A DNA stretch of 64,000 bases from NCBI GenBank assembly GCA_039918235.1, contig JBDSHZ010000043.1, positions 22,891-86,890 on the forward strand, read 5' to 3'. Within the stretch, counting starts at the first letter, position 1; every line of letters starts with the position of its first letter. This document shows, one piece after another, positions 1 to 10,816 of the stretch. The DNA is from Pelobium sp. Its GTDB lineage: Bacteria; Bacteroidota; Bacteroidia; Sphingobacteriales; Sphingobacteriaceae. Below the pieces are notes generated by a model, which searched no databases, was not told the origin of the DNA, and saw only the letters and a program-made list of their open reading frames with translations. The position numbers were made by a program, and so were the translations under genes.

Positions 1-52
1 TTTACTCCATTTTTGAACTACAAAAATGCGAAAATTTATTGGGATGCTTATA

Positions 53-1618
53 TTATTGAGCTTTCACCAGTTCCTTAGCCTTATTTAAAATAATATCCCT
101 TTTATGCAATACATCCTCAAAACTTTCTTTTACTTCATATTCAGGAAAAACACCTCTTCCATAAAGCTTCCTTTGATCAGTAATTTGTATGACTTTTAAA
201 GGTAAGCGCAATTTTAAACCGGTGTTTGGTAATTTTATATAAGGAATACTGCCAGCGGTACATTGGTTATAACCTCCTCCAGTTTCTTCACCAACAAATT
301 TTCCTCTACCAACTTCTTGTAGGTTTGCACATAATAAGGAAGTTGCAGAGAATGAATATCCGTTGGTTAAAACTATTAAATCATTTTCAAAACCCTTTTT
401 TAAAGGTTTTTTTTGATGTGTAGTTGGGATATATCCATAAATTCCTATACTATCTTTATGGGTAAGAAAAATATTTGCGACTACACTAATTGGATAACTT
501 ATAATTTTAGCCACTTTTAAAAAAGGAGATATTTCTTGATATTTAATGGAATGTAGATAAGCATTATTCATGTAAGCTCTTCCGGTATATTGATGTGGCT
601 GATTATATAAATACCTAAATAACCTATTGCAATCCATTAAGTTACCGCCTCCATTATTTCTTACGTCTAAAATTAGGTGCTGTATGTTTTTTTCTTTTAA
701 CTCTTCAAAACTTTCCCTAAAAAATTTTCTAAAATTCGATTTATTAAAAGAAAAACTTTTAACCGTCATGATAGCGGTACTATTTAAAACGGAATCAAAT
801 TTTAAATCCAATAAAGGATTTCCAAAATCATCAGAACCTTTATATCTGTTTTTTAATTTTAGCTTACGGGCCTGTTTATCAGTAATTTTTTTCTTTCCTA
901 TTTCTTCTGGAGTCAATAATTTTTTTTCTCCTTTAGCTGGTTTTATAGTTTTAATAATATAATTAAAAGTACTTTCTGCTCTTTTTAAAGTGAGTTTAGA
1001 AGAGTCGCTTTTTCCATAACCTAGATAGTAATAAGCATCAAAAGATTTGTCTAAAACCTGATCATAAAATGTTGTATTATAACCATCAGATGAATATAAA
1101 CTTTTTGTTTTTTTTATGATTTCAGAAGCCGGCTTTCCATCTATAGCTAAAATCTCTGACCCTTTTATAGGTGCTACCAAACTTTTATCGCTTACTGCTT
1201 TTATAAAAAGTCTATTGCTATCAACAAAATAAAATAATTGGGATAATGGTTTTAAACCTTCTTTTTTTATACTATCCTTTTGAAATTTATTTAATTGTAT
1301 ACCAGGGAAAAACAACTTTGTATGTCCACATTTTACAGCTGCTACGATGGGTGCTAATTCTCTATAAAATTGAAGTGGAACGAGCGAATCGTTTAAAGTT
1401 TTTTTTAAACTATCAAATTTAAAATCTAACTCTTTTTTACTGGTGTAGAGATAAACACCCGGATGATTTTCTTCTAAAGAATTTCTTACTATTTCTAAAT
1501 CTTTAATTAATTCCTCAGGAGCATGTTTAGCTTTTATTTTAGCATTAAATTTTTGCTGAGATTTACAGGAAAACAAAATGGTAGCTAAGGCTAAAAAAAT
1601 AAGAATTTTTGTTTTCAT
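53..1618 (-). CDS. S41 family (tail-specific/CtpA-like) peptidase, lipoprotein
   Basis: ORF 53..1645; likelier start is MKTKILIFL at 1618 with lipobox LFSC. S41 motifs LILDVRNNGGG, VLTNGYSFSATS and FVGEETGG. Confidence 0.8.
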   Translation of the reverse strand: MKTKILIFLALATILFSCKSQQKFNAKIKAKHAPEELIKDLEIVRNSLEENHPGVYLYTSKKELDFKFDSLKKTLNDSLVPLQFYRELAPIVAAVKCGHTKLFFPGIQLNKFQKDSIKKEGLKPLSQLFYFVDSNRLFIKAVSDKSLVAPIKGSEILAIDGKPASEIIKKTKSLYSSDGYNTTFYDQVLDKSFDAYYYLGYGKSDSSKLTLKRAESTFNYIIKTIKPAKGEKKLLTPEEIGKKKITDKQARKLKLKNRYKGSDDFGNPLLDLKFDSVLNSTAIMTVKSFSFNKSNFRKFFRESFEELKEKNIQHLILDVRNNGGGNLMDCNRLFRYLYNQPHQYTGRAYMNNAYLHSIKYQEISPFLKVAKIISYPISVVANIFLTHKDSIGIYGYIPTTHQKKPLKKGFENDLIVLTNGYSFSATSLLCANLQEVGRGKFVGEETGGGYNQCTAGSIPYIKLPNTGLKLRLPLKVIQITDQRKLYGRGVFPEYEVKESFEDVLHKRDIILNKAKELVKAQ

Positions 1619-1660
1619 TATATTTTTTGAAGGTAGATCTAACAAATATTTTAAAAAATA

Positions 1661-2653
1661 TTACAAACCTAATTCGGCTGAAATCTGAAGCATTCTTTCT
1701 ATCGGTTTTCTGGCTTTTTCAATTATTTCACGTGGAACATCTACCTCCGGCATTTCATTTTTTAAACAGAGGTACAATTTTTCTAAAGTATTTCTTTTCA
1801 TGTGCGGGCAATCATTACAGGCACAGGCATTATTAGGTGGCGCTGGAATAAAAGTTTTATTCGGACTAGATTTTTCCATCTGATGGATAATTCCAGACTC
1901 GGTAGCAACTATAAATTCCTGAGCTGGATTATTGATGGTATAATTCAACAATCCAGTTGTAGAGCCTACAAAATCTGCCATTTCTAAAACTAATTCCTCA
2001 CACTCGGGGTGGGCAATAAATTTTGCTTCAGGGTGTCTTTCTTTTAATTTAGTTATTTTCTCACGGGCAAAAATTTCATGAACCATACACGCTCCATTCC
2101 ATAAAACCATGTCCCTTCCTGTTTTTTTGATTACGTAAGCTCCTAGGTTTTTATCCGGACCAAATATTATTTTCTGATCTTTTGGTAAACTATTTACAAT
2201 TTGAACGGCATTACTGGAAGTACAAACAATATCACTCAAGGCTTTTAATTCGGCAGTACAGTTTACATAAGTAATGACCAAATGATCAGGATACTTTTCT
2301 TTAAATTTTTTAAAAAGATGTGGCGGGCAACTGTCAGATAAGGAACATCCTGCTTTACTATCTGGCAACAAAACTTTTTTATCAGGAGATAATATTTTAG
2401 CAGTCTCGGCCATAAAATGAACCCCTGCAAAAACAATCATACTGGCATCTGTTTTGGCAGCTTCCTGAGAAAGACCTAAACTATCTCCAATATAATCTGC
2501 AATATCCTGTATATCAGATTCTTGATAGTAATGTGCTAAAATTACAGCATTCTTTTCCTTCTTTAATCTATCGATCTCTGCAAAGAGGTCTAAGGTAGGA
2601 TCAATGGCTTCATCAATGTAACCTTTTAAATTTATTTCTTCTGTTGCGTTCAT
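1661..2653 (-). CDS. nadA: Quinolinate synthase A
   Basis: Motifs [34 protein letters not shown] and CNDCPHM (Fe-S cysteines); divergent from nadB. Confidence 0.97.
   Translation of the reverse strand: MNATEEINLKGYIDEAIDPTLDLFAEIDRLKKEKNAVILAHYYQESDIQDIADYIGDSLGLSQEAAKTDASMIVFAGVHFMAETAKILSPDKKVLLPDSKAGCSLSDSCPPHLFKKFKEKYPDHLVITYVNCTAELKALSDIVCTSSNAVQIVNSLPKDQKIIFGPDKNLGAYVIKKTGRDMVLWNGACMVHEIFAREKITKLKERHPEAKFIAHPECEELVLEMADFVGSTTGLLNYTINNPAQEFIVATESGIIHQMEKSSPNKTFIPAPPNNACACNDCPHMKRNTLEKLYLCLKNEMPEVDVPREIIEKARKPIERMLQISAELGL
1724..1739. promoter_or_regulatory. Degenerate parS site within nadA
   Basis: TATTTCACGTGGAACA, 2 differences from TGTTTCACGTGAAACA (one is the common G variant). Confidence 0.55.
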
Positions 2654-3092
2654 TATTTCTTATTCAAATGTAGAAATTCAAATTTAGACTTTTCAACTTT
2701 TCCAATAACAAACAATTTACTTTTATAAGAAGAACTTATTATTTATTAAGGTGTTGGTATGGTGTATAAGTTCTATCTTTTTTTCTTTGATAAGTGATTA
2801 GTTAAATAGAATTAACAACTTGTTAACATATTATTAATATTATCTCATTGATTATCAGAACTACTTGAAAATACAAAAAGAATTTTACTTTTTTATACTG
2901 TGAATGCTTTTACTTTTATAAACGTTAGTTACTATAGAATAGTTGGAGGGTAAAAGCTTAAATATTTATAGGTGTTTAAACGGATAGGAGAGTTATCCAC
3001 AAATATTAAAACTTTTCATAATTTACATACATTAAATCAACACCTTTAAGCCTTGTTATAAACAATGGCATAAGATGTGCACAAACTGAAAA
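2654..3092. other. Candidate chromosomal replication origin (oriC)
   Basis: Very AT-rich 439-bp spacer. Perfect DnaA box TTATCCACA at 2993-3001; one-mismatch boxes at 2761-2769, 3056-3064 and 3076-3084; parS sites and mnmG within 6 kb. Confidence 0.55.
2665..2672 (-). promoter_or_regulatory. Bacteroidota -7 promoter element for nadA
   Basis: Minus strand reads TACATTTG (TAnnTTTG), ending 11 nt before the nadA start codon. Confidence 0.5.
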
Positions 3093-4688
3093 ATGAATAT
3101 AAAAAATGTTGATTTCCTAGTGATAGGATCTGGGATTGCAGGATTAAGTTTTGCCCTTAAGGCCGCAAAACATGGTAAAGTTCTGATAGTTACCAAATCA
3201 AATGAAGACGAGTCTAACACTAAGTACGCCCAAGGCGGAGTAGCCGTAGTTGTTGATAAAGAAGAAGATTCTTTTGAAAAGCATATTCAGGATACATTAA
3301 TTGCCGGTGACGGTTTGTGTGATAAAGAAATTGTAGAGATTGTAGTAAAAGAAGGTCCGGACAGAATTAATGAGATTATAGCTTACGGAACTAACTTTGA
3401 TAAAACTAAAGGCGGGGTTTATGATCTTGCAAAAGAAGGAGGACATTCAGAACATCGCGTACTGCATTATAAGGATATAACAGGTTTTGAAATAGAAAGG
3501 GCCTTATTGGCAGAGATTCATGAAAATCCTAATATTGAGTTGCTTTCTCATTATTTTGTTGTCGATTTAATTACACAGCATCATTTGGGTAAATTAGTTA
3601 CCCGTCATTCTTCAGATATTGAATGTTATGGTGCTTATGCTTTAGATACCAAAACAGGAAAGATTGATAAATTCTTAGCAAAAATAACTTTAATGGCTGC
3701 TGGTGGTGCAGGACATATTTATAGCTCTACTACTAATCCAACTATTGCAACTGGGGATGGAGTGGCCATGGCTTACCGGGCTAAAGCAAAGATCAGAAAT
3801 ATGGAATTTATACAATTCCATCCAACTGCTTTATATAATCCAGGTGAATATCCGTCTTTTTTAATTTCTGAAGCGGTAAGAGGTTTTGGAGGCGTATTAA
3901 AGCGGAAAGATGGGGTGGAATTTATGTATGAATACGATGAGCGTGGTTCATTGGCACCAAGGGATATTGTAGCCAGAGCGATTGATAATGAAATGAAAAA
4001 ATCTGGTGACGACTTTGTTTATTTAGATATAAAGCATCGTAAAAAACAGGATATTTTAACTCATTTCCCAAATATTTATGCGAAATGCCTCTCTATTGGT
4101 TTAGACATGACGAAAGACATGATTCCGGTTACACCCGCTTGTCATTATATGTGTGGAGGAGTAATGGTTGATAAGAACGGAAAATCTTCTTTAAGAGGTC
4201 TATATGCCTGTGGCGAAGTCACCTCTACTGGTTTACATGGTGCTAACAGATTGGCTTCTAATTCTTTACTGGAGGCATTGGTTTTTGCACATCGTATTTA
4301 TCTAGATTCAAAAGATAGATTGACTGAATTTACCATTCCTGAAGGTATACCAGAATGGAATGATAAAAACACGCAACTATCTAATGAGGATATTTTAGTA
4401 ACACATAATGTGCGTGAAATGCAAAAGATGATGAGCGACTATGTTGGGATTGTACGTTCTGATTTTAGATTGGAAAGAGCAATGAGGAGGTTGGGTCTTT
4501 TGTATGAAGAAACAGAAGATTTTTATAAAAAGACAAAACTTTCCGTTAAACTTTGTGAACTCAGAAACCTTATTCAAGTTGCCTACATTGTAATTAAATC
4601 TGCTACAGAAAGGAAAGAAAGTAGGGGATTACATTATACCACAGATTATCCAAATCACGCAGAAAATTTAACAGATACGATATTATAA
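3093..4688 (+). CDS. nadB: L-aspartate oxidase
   Basis: FAD motif VIGSGIAGL, YAQGG, EFIQFHPT, HYMCGG, GLHGANRLASNSLLE and ESRGLHY. Confidence 0.97.
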   Translation: MNIKNVDFLVIGSGIAGLSFALKAAKHGKVLIVTKSNEDESNTKYAQGGVAVVVDKEEDSFEKHIQDTLIAGDGLCDKEIVEIVVKEGPDRINEIIAYGTNFDKTKGGVYDLAKEGGHSEHRVLHYKDITGFEIERALLAEIHENPNIELLSHYFVVDLITQHHLGKLVTRHSSDIECYGAYALDTKTGKIDKFLAKITLMAAGGAGHIYSSTTNPTIATGDGVAMAYRAKAKIRNMEFIQFHPTALYNPGEYPSFLISEAVRGFGGVLKRKDGVEFMYEYDERGSLAPRDIVARAIDNEMKKSGDDFVYLDIKHRKKQDILTHFPNIYAKCLSIGLDMTKDMIPVTPACHYMCGGVMVDKNGKSSLRGLYACGEVTSTGLHGANRLASNSLLEALVFAHRIYLDSKDRLTEFTIPEGIPEWNDKNTQLSNEDILVTHNVREMQKMMSDYVGIVRSDFRLERAMRRLGLLYEETEDFYKKTKLSVKLCELRNLIQVAYIVIKSATERKESRGLHYTTDYPNHAENLTDTIL

Positions 4689-4689
4689 G

Positions 4690-5199
4690 ATGCCTTTAAT
4701 ACTTCCAGTAAAAGATAAAAGTCCAGCTTGGGGCAACAATTGCTTTATTGCAGAAAACAGCACCCTTGTTGGCGATGTAACTATAGGGAATCATTGCTCT
4801 GTTTGGTTTAATGCAGTAATTAGAGGTGATGTAAATTATATTAGGATTGGAGATTATACCAATATACAAGACGGGGTAGTTATTCACGCTACTTATTTAA
4901 AAGCAGCTACAACTATTGGGAATTATGTTTCTATTGGTCATAATGCTTTGGTGCATGGCTGTACACTAAAAGACAATGTTTTGATTGGAATGGGAGCCAT
5001 TGTAATGGATGATGCTGTTGTGGAAGAATTTGTAATTATTGCGGCAGGGGCTGTTGTTTTGGAGCGAACCATTTGTGAATCAGGCTATTTATATGCAGGT
5101 ATTCCGGCAAAAAAAATTAAGCCTTTAACAGATGAGCAGAAAGAGATGTTAAAGAAATTGCCACATAATTATGTAATTTATGCGGAGTGGTTTAAATAG
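4690..5199 (+). CDS. Gamma-carbonic anhydrase family (YrdA-like) hexapeptide-repeat protein
   Basis: Left-handed beta-helix repeats; AVIRGDVNYIRIG, NIQDGVVIH and IGHNALVHGC metal-ligand motifs. Confidence 0.9.
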   Translation: MPLILPVKDKSPAWGNNCFIAENSTLVGDVTIGNHCSVWFNAVIRGDVNYIRIGDYTNIQDGVVIHATYLKAATTIGNYVSIGHNALVHGCTLKDNVLIGMGAIVMDDAVVEEFVIIAAGAVVLERTICESGYLYAGIPAKKIKPLTDEQKEMLKKLPHNYVIYAEWFK

Positions 5200-5205
5200 T
5201 TTTTT

Positions 5206-6816
5206 TCAATAAAAACCTTTCGGAATTACGATCACCTCTTCCCTATCCCAGTTTGCTCTGGTAACAATTTCTTTATCCCAAAACCAGCTTTTTTCCGGCT
5301 GAATTTTTAGCCTTACATTTCCAGTATCATATTCTCCATTGCTATTTGCATCTTCAATAACTTTAACAGTGAATTTATTGGTGGGGATATTATTGAATAT
5401 TTTAGTCATTGTTTTGGTAACAGGGAATTCACTGTAAACAGCATTCTTTTCCGTTAAGAGTTGAACTACGTAGTTTTTTAGGCTGTCTTCTTTAGAGAAT
5501 TTAATGCTCAGATTGCCATAATTCTCGGTTTCATCTAATTCAAAGTCTAGTTTCAATTGTTTATTTGGCGTACCATAAATATCAGTAATTGCGCCTTCTT
5601 TAAAACCTAAACTATAACGTTTCTTTATTTTCCATGGAAAATTTACCTGGTACTTTCTTTCTGAGTTTGCGATTTTTGTGAACGTAAAATTACTTTTTGA
5701 AACTGAATCTTCTAATAATGCGGCATTCGCAGGATTAATAGAGGCAACGGGCAGGTTAAAGGTTAAAATTAAGGATGAACCGGGTTTAATTTTTCCGCCA
5801 GATAAATTGTTACTGAACAAGATGGTTCTGTCATAACTGTCTTTTTTACCTCTTTTAAAAGTTACCGTGTCTAATGCTTTATTATCTGAATTGATGGCAA
5901 TTTTAAGAGAATCAAAATTGATCTCCGGAAGCCACACGAGAGCTGTATCTCCTTTTAATGAGAAATCAACAATCGGATTTTTTAATGAAGGAGCATCAAT
6001 AAAGGTAAGGGAAGGGTTTTTTAGCCCTTTATTAAAATACATACTGATTCTTCCGTCGCTTTCTATTTTTCTATCAACAATCCTAAAGCGTTCCGGTACT
6101 TCTTTAAAAAGTTTAAGAATAATTTGAGAGGTATCTTTATTGAGTTTAATACTTGAATTACTAAAGGCAATTTCTTCATTTGGCGAATTATAAATTCTAT
6201 CTACACCAGTTTCCTTAAGTGCGTAAATGGTGTATTCACTTTCTCTTAAATTCTTTAAACTAAAATTTCCAGAGCTGTCTGTATTTGTATAAAAGGAAGG
6301 TTTCTTTTTACCGAATAATGAATCTCTTTCTATTTGAAAAATAAAAACAGTAGCATCCAATACAGGTTTGTTGTCAGATGAGCTAACTACCTGACCACTA
6401 ATTTGTAATGAATCTAATTTTGGGCCGGTTGAAAAAACAAAACTGTAGTTTTTTAAGGTGTTTGCTTCATTAACATCTTGTATCGCTTTTCCAAAGTTAA
6501 TGGTGTAGGTCGTATTTGTTTGTAAGGAATCCTTAAAGTTAATTTCTAAACTTTTTTGTCTAATCTTGAAAATAGGCGGAATATCTTGAGCAGGTGAAAC
6601 ACTAATTTCTGTATACTCGCTGTTCAGTTTGAAATATTCGTCAAAGGTGATGAGTATTTTATCTCCTGTAAAGTTGGTGCTTAAATTTTTTGGAAATTCT
6701 TCTAAAACTTTCGGCGGAGTGATATCTCTTGGCCCACCTTGAGGAGTTTGTAAACTCGCACAGGCCGCAAACAGTAAAACTGTAAAAAGAAGTAAGTTGA
6801 ATTGGCGGATTTTCAC
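5206..6816 (-). CDS. Ig-like (Big_5) domain lipoprotein
   Basis: Lipobox FAAC followed by PQGGPRDITPPKV, typical of this Bacteroidota family; C-terminal EDANSNGEYDTG. Confidence 0.75.
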   Translation of the reverse strand: MKIRQFNLLLFTVLLFAACASLQTPQGGPRDITPPKVLEEFPKNLSTNFTGDKILITFDEYFKLNSEYTEISVSPAQDIPPIFKIRQKSLEINFKDSLQTNTTYTINFGKAIQDVNEANTLKNYSFVFSTGPKLDSLQISGQVVSSSDNKPVLDATVFIFQIERDSLFGKKKPSFYTNTDSSGNFSLKNLRESEYTIYALKETGVDRIYNSPNEEIAFSNSSIKLNKDTSQIILKLFKEVPERFRIVDRKIESDGRISMYFNKGLKNPSLTFIDAPSLKNPIVDFSLKGDTALVWLPEINFDSLKIAINSDNKALDTVTFKRGKKDSYDRTILFSNNLSGGKIKPGSSLILTFNLPVASINPANAALLEDSVSKSNFTFTKIANSERKYQVNFPWKIKKRYSLGFKEGAITDIYGTPNKQLKLDFELDETENYGNLSIKFSKEDSLKNYVVQLLTEKNAVYSEFPVTKTMTKIFNNIPTNKFTVKVIEDANSNGEYDTGNVRLKIQPEKSWFWDKEIVTRANWDREEVIVIPKGFY

Positions 6817-6958
6817 TCGTTTTTTATTTAAGCTAGTTTTTAAGCGATGTAGTTAATTTTAAGTTTTTTAGACACATTATATCTCAGAAACGAAAATAAT
6901 GGATTCTAAACAAAGTTTTTTATTTATAGTTAATAGTCTAATTATCAATGATTTATAA

Positions 6959-8821
6959 TTATCTTGATATGTGAACCATTAAGACAGAGACATCTGAAGG
7001 AGTCACGCCAGAAATTCTGGACGCTTGGCCTAAAGTCCTTGGTTTTATATTCATCAGTTTTTCTCTTGCTTCTTTAGAGAGAGATTGTAAACTGTGATAA
7101 TTGAAATCTGGATTGATTTCTTTGTCTTCCATTTTTTTCATCTTAGCAACAATTTCTAATTCCTTTTCAAAGTAGCTGTCATATTTAATTTTTATTTCAG
7201 CTTGCTCAATAGTTTCCTTATCAAAGGATTTTAAGAATTCATCAAATTCATTACTTATTCTTCTAAGGCCTTCGGTATTAACTTGTGGCCTGCCTAATAA
7301 CGCAAACAACTTTACATTCTGATTTAAGGGAGCAGTTCCTAATTCTTCCAAAATCGGATTAGCTATATCTTTAACAGCCGTATGTTCTTTTGTGTATTTA
7401 ACAATAGCTAAAGCATTAGTTATTTTCTTATTCACCTTTTCTATTCTCTGTTCATTAATCAATCCCAACTCGTAAGCAATCGGGCTCAACCTCTCATCTG
7501 CATTATCCTGTCTCAGCAATAATCTATGTTCTGCTCTTGAGGTAAACATCCGGTAAGGCTCCTCGGTTCCTTTGGTTACCAAGTCATCAATCAATACCCC
7601 AATATAAGATTCACTTCTTTTTAAGATTAAAGGATCTTTAGCGTTTATTTTTTGATGCGCATTGATGCCTGCAATAAAACCTTGAGCTGCCGCTTCTTCA
7701 TAACCGGTAGTTCCATTAATTTGACCAGCAAAGAATAAGTTTGAGATGAGCTTAGTTTCTAAGCTTAATCCTAATTGGGTAGGAGGGAAGAAATCATATT
7801 CTATGGCATAACCCGGTCTAAACATTTTTACGTTTTCAAAACCGGGGATTAATTTTAATGCTTTTAATTGAATGTCTTCTGGTAGAGAGGTGGAAAATCC
7901 GTTTACATAAATCTCTACGGTATTCCATCCTTCAGGTTCAACAAATATTTGATGACGTTCTCTTTCTGCAAATCTGTTTATTTTATCTTCAATAGATGGA
8001 CAATATCTAGGGCCTAAACCTTTTATTCGTCCAGTGAACATTGGGGATTTTTCAAACCCTTCTTTTAAGGTTTCATGAACTGCAGCATTGGTATAAGTAA
8101 TCCAGCAACACCTTTGTTCTTTAGGAGCTTCGGTATTTGTATAGGAGAATTTCCCTCCATCTTCATCTCCCCACTGTTCCTCCATTTTAGAATAATCCAA
8201 AGATCTTCCGTCTACTCGTGGAGGAGTTCCAGTTTTCATTCTTCCAGATTCAAACCCTAGGCTTTTCAATTGCTCTGTAATACCTGTCGCTGCTCTTTCT
8301 GCAGCTCTGCCACCGCCCATCTTTTTCTCACCTATATGGATGATGCCATTAAGAAATGTGCCGTTAGTGAGCACTACAGATGCTGATTCAATTTCTACTC
8401 CAAGAGAAGTGGTGACACCACATACCTTGCCATCCTTTATAATTAAACCAGAAACCATGTCTTGCCAGAAATCAACGTTAGGCGTTTGTTCCAAAGCCAA
8501 GCGCCATTCCTCTGCAAATCTCATTCTGTCATTCTGGGTACGTGGAGACCACATAGCAGGACCTTTTGACCTATTGAGCATTCTAAACTGTATAGTGGTT
8601 TTATCCGAAATAATTCCCGAGTAACCGCCCATTGCATCAATCTCTCTCACTATTTGGCCTTTTGCCACGCCACCCATTGCGGGGTTACAGCTCATTTGAG
8701 CGATAGTCCCCATGTTCATGGTTACTAGTAAAACAGAAGAACCTAAGTTGGCCGCCGCTGCCGCCGCTTCACATCCCGCGTGTCCGCCACCAACTACTAT
8801 AACATCGTATTTCTTAAACAT
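6959..8821 (-). CDS. mnmG: tRNA uridine 5-carboxymethylaminomethyl modification enzyme MnmG (GidA)
   Basis: [47 protein letters not shown] and [11 protein letters not shown]. Confidence 0.98.
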   Translation of the reverse strand: MFKKYDVIVVGGGHAGCEAAAAAANLGSSVLLVTMNMGTIAQMSCNPAMGGVAKGQIVREIDAMGGYSGIISDKTTIQFRMLNRSKGPAMWSPRTQNDRMRFAEEWRLALEQTPNVDFWQDMVSGLIIKDGKVCGVTTSLGVEIESASVVLTNGTFLNGIIHIGEKKMGGGRAAERAATGITEQLKSLGFESGRMKTGTPPRVDGRSLDYSKMEEQWGDEDGGKFSYTNTEAPKEQRCCWITYTNAAVHETLKEGFEKSPMFTGRIKGLGPRYCPSIEDKINRFAERERHQIFVEPEGWNTVEIYVNGFSTSLPEDIQLKALKLIPGFENVKMFRPGYAIEYDFFPPTQLGLSLETKLISNLFFAGQINGTTGYEEAAAQGFIAGINAHQKINAKDPLILKRSESYIGVLIDDLVTKGTEEPYRMFTSRAEHRLLLRQDNADERLSPIAYELGLINEQRIEKVNKKITNALAIVKYTKEHTAVKDIANPILEELGTAPLNQNVKLFALLGRPQVNTEGLRRISNEFDEFLKSFDKETIEQAEIKIKYDSYFEKELEIVAKMKKMEDKEINPDFNYHSLQSLSKEAREKLMNIKPRTLGQASRISGVTPSDVSVLMVHISR

Positions 8822-8829
8822 AATTTGAT

Positions 8830-8845
8830 TGTTTCACGTGAAACA
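8830..8845. promoter_or_regulatory. parS centromere-like site (perfect)
   Basis: TGTTTCACGTGAAACA, an exact match to the established parS consensus, 8 nt upstream of the mnmG start. Confidence 0.9.
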
Positions 8846-8914
8846 TATTAGTAACAAAGATAAGACTTAATCTAAGTTTTGAGATTATCCATTTAATCTT
8901 TACGCGCTATTGAA

Positions 8915-8930
8915 TGTTTCACGTGAAACA
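8915..8930. promoter_or_regulatory. parS centromere-like site (perfect), core of a 30-bp palindrome
   Basis: TGTTTCACGTGAAACA flanked by TATTGAA/TTCAATA, giving a perfect palindrome at 8908-8937. Confidence 0.9.
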
Positions 8931-8962
8931 TTCAATAAAATTTGAGCCAGATTCCTTTATGC

Positions 8963-10816
8963 TCATTCGCTTAAGGCTATCCAACGGAAAGATTTTTCTT
9001 CTAAAAGCTTATTGTTGTTTTCGATTTTTTGCGCCATTTCAATCAATTCTTCATGACTGGCGTTTGAGTTGTTTAATTGCTCAGTCATTGATTTAGTTAT
9101 ATTTTCTATCTCAGCAATTTCTTTCTCTAGCGTTTCCAGTTCCAATTTTTCTTTAAAAGTTAGCTTGCTTTTTGTAGCTTCATTTTTTGCTTCAATAACC
9201 GGAGCAACTTTTTCCTCTTTTTGTTGAGCCTTTAACAATTCCTGTTCATAACGATAAGATGAGTAATTTCCATTATATATGCGGATATCTCCATTTCCTT
9301 CCAAGACAAAAAGTTGATCCGTTAATTTATCTACCAAGTACCTATCGTGAGACACCAAAACCAGCACACCTGGATAAGTTTCTAAAAAATCCTCCAAAAC
9401 ATTCAGCGTATCAATATCTAAATCATTTGTTGGCTCATCTAGAATTAAAAAATTTGGATTCTTAATCAAAACCTTCATCAGGTGAAGACGTTTTTTCTCG
9501 CCACCGCTTAATAAACTAACGAAACCATGTTGTTTTTTAGGAGGGAAAAGAAAATGCGTAAGTAATTGCGAGGCTGAAATGGTTTTTCCATCAGACATGG
9601 TGATAAATTCCGCAATGTTCTTAACTACATCAATTACCCTTTCTGATTCATCAAAACTTAATCCAGATTGATGATAATAGCCATATACTGTTGTTTCGCC
9701 AATTTTTACCTCACCTTTATCTGGCTTCAGCTCGTTGGTCATGATGTTTAACAGGGTTGATTTTCCACTTCCATTTTTACCTGTTAATCCAATTTTATCT
9801 CCCTTTTTAAAAACATAAGAAAAATCATCTAGGATTTCTTTCCCCTGAAAAGTTTTTGAAACATTTTTTATTTCTAAAATCTGATTTCCTTGTCTGCTTA
9901 CTTTAACATCTAATTTAACCGACTCTTTGTTAAACTGCCCTTTGGTTTTGTCTTCCAAATCATAAAAAGCGTCAATCCTGGCTTTAGATTTTGTTCCCCT
10001 TGCTTGAGGCATCCTGCGCATCCACTCTAATTCCTTTTTTAGAAGATTCTTGTTTTTTCCTAATACGGTACTGTTAATGGCGTCTTGTTCTGCTTTCTTC
10101 TCTAAATAATAAGCGTATTTGCCTTTATAAGTATAAACCTGCCCGTTTTCTAATTCAATAATCTCATTACAAACGTTATCCAGGAAATACCTATCATGGG
10201 TAACCATTAAAATGGTTTTACCACCAGTTGTTAAAAAGCTTTCTAGCCATTCAATGGTATCAATATCTAAATGGTTGGTAGGCTCATCAATCACGTACAC
10301 TTCAGGTTCATCTATTAACAGCTTTGCTAAGCTCAATCTTTTCTTTTGTCCACCAGATAGGGTGTCAATTTTTTGATCTAAATGGTGAATATCTAACCTG
10401 CCAAGAATGGTTTTAATCTGGTGCTCATATTCCCATGCTTCCAAGTTGCTCAACTCTTCTGTTAATCTATTAATCTCATCAACATCTGGGTTTTCATTTT
10501 CCAAAAGCTCTTCATATTCTCTGATGATCTGTTGCTGTCGATTATCCATGCTGAAAATAAAGTCGCTGATGGTTTGCCCAGATTCGAATTTTGGATCCTG
10601 TTCTAGGTAACCAAATTTAACATCCTTTGCTTTTACAACTTTTCCTTCACTTGGTTTTATTTTTTCTGCCAATAGCTTTAATAGTGTAGATTTGCCTGCG
10701 CCATTAATTCCCACTAAAGCTACTCGTTGCCCTTGTTGAAGCCCAAAAGTTAAATTTTTAAAAAGCCATTGGTCATTAAATGCATGACCTAGTTGTTCTG
10801 CTGATACAATACTCAC
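8963..10816 (-). CDS. ABC-F family ATPase (Uup-like)
   Basis: Two ABC domains (GINGAGKST/LSGGQKKR and GKNGSGKST/LSGGEKKR), no transmembrane segments, C-terminal coiled coil KLTFKEKLELE. Confidence 0.92.
   Translation of the reverse strand: MSIVSAEQLGHAFNDQWLFKNLTFGLQQGQRVALVGINGAGKSTLLKLLAEKIKPSEGKVVKAKDVKFGYLEQDPKFESGQTISDFIFSMDNRQQQIIREYEELLENENPDVDEINRLTEELSNLEAWEYEHQIKTILGRLDIHHLDQKIDTLSGGQKKRLSLAKLLIDEPEVYVIDEPTNHLDIDTIEWLESFLTTGGKTILMVTHDRYFLDNVCNEIIELENGQVYTYKGKYAYYLEKKAEQDAINSTVLGKNKNLLKKELEWMRRMPQARGTKSKARIDAFYDLEDKTKGQFNKESVKLDVKVSRQGNQILEIKNVSKTFQGKEILDDFSYVFKKGDKIGLTGKNGSGKSTLLNIMTNELKPDKGEVKIGETTVYGYYHQSGLSFDESERVIDVVKNIAEFITMSDGKTISASQLLTHFLFPPKKQHGFVSLLSGGEKKRLHLMKVLIKNPNFLILDEPTNDLDIDTLNVLEDFLETYPGVLVLVSHDRYLVDKLTDQLFVLEGNGDIRIYNGNYSSYRYEQELLKAQQKEEKVAPVIEAKNEATKSKLTFKEKLELETLEKEIAEIENITKSMTEQLNNSNASHEELIEMAQKIENNNKLLEEKSFRWIALSE

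Noticed and set aside
2654-3092. NAD riboswitch or NrtR/NadR operator in the nadA-nadB spacer
   Set aside because: No structured GC-paired leader is visible, the nadA promoter motif is only 11 nt from the start codon, and the one palindrome cannot be assigned to a specific regulator.
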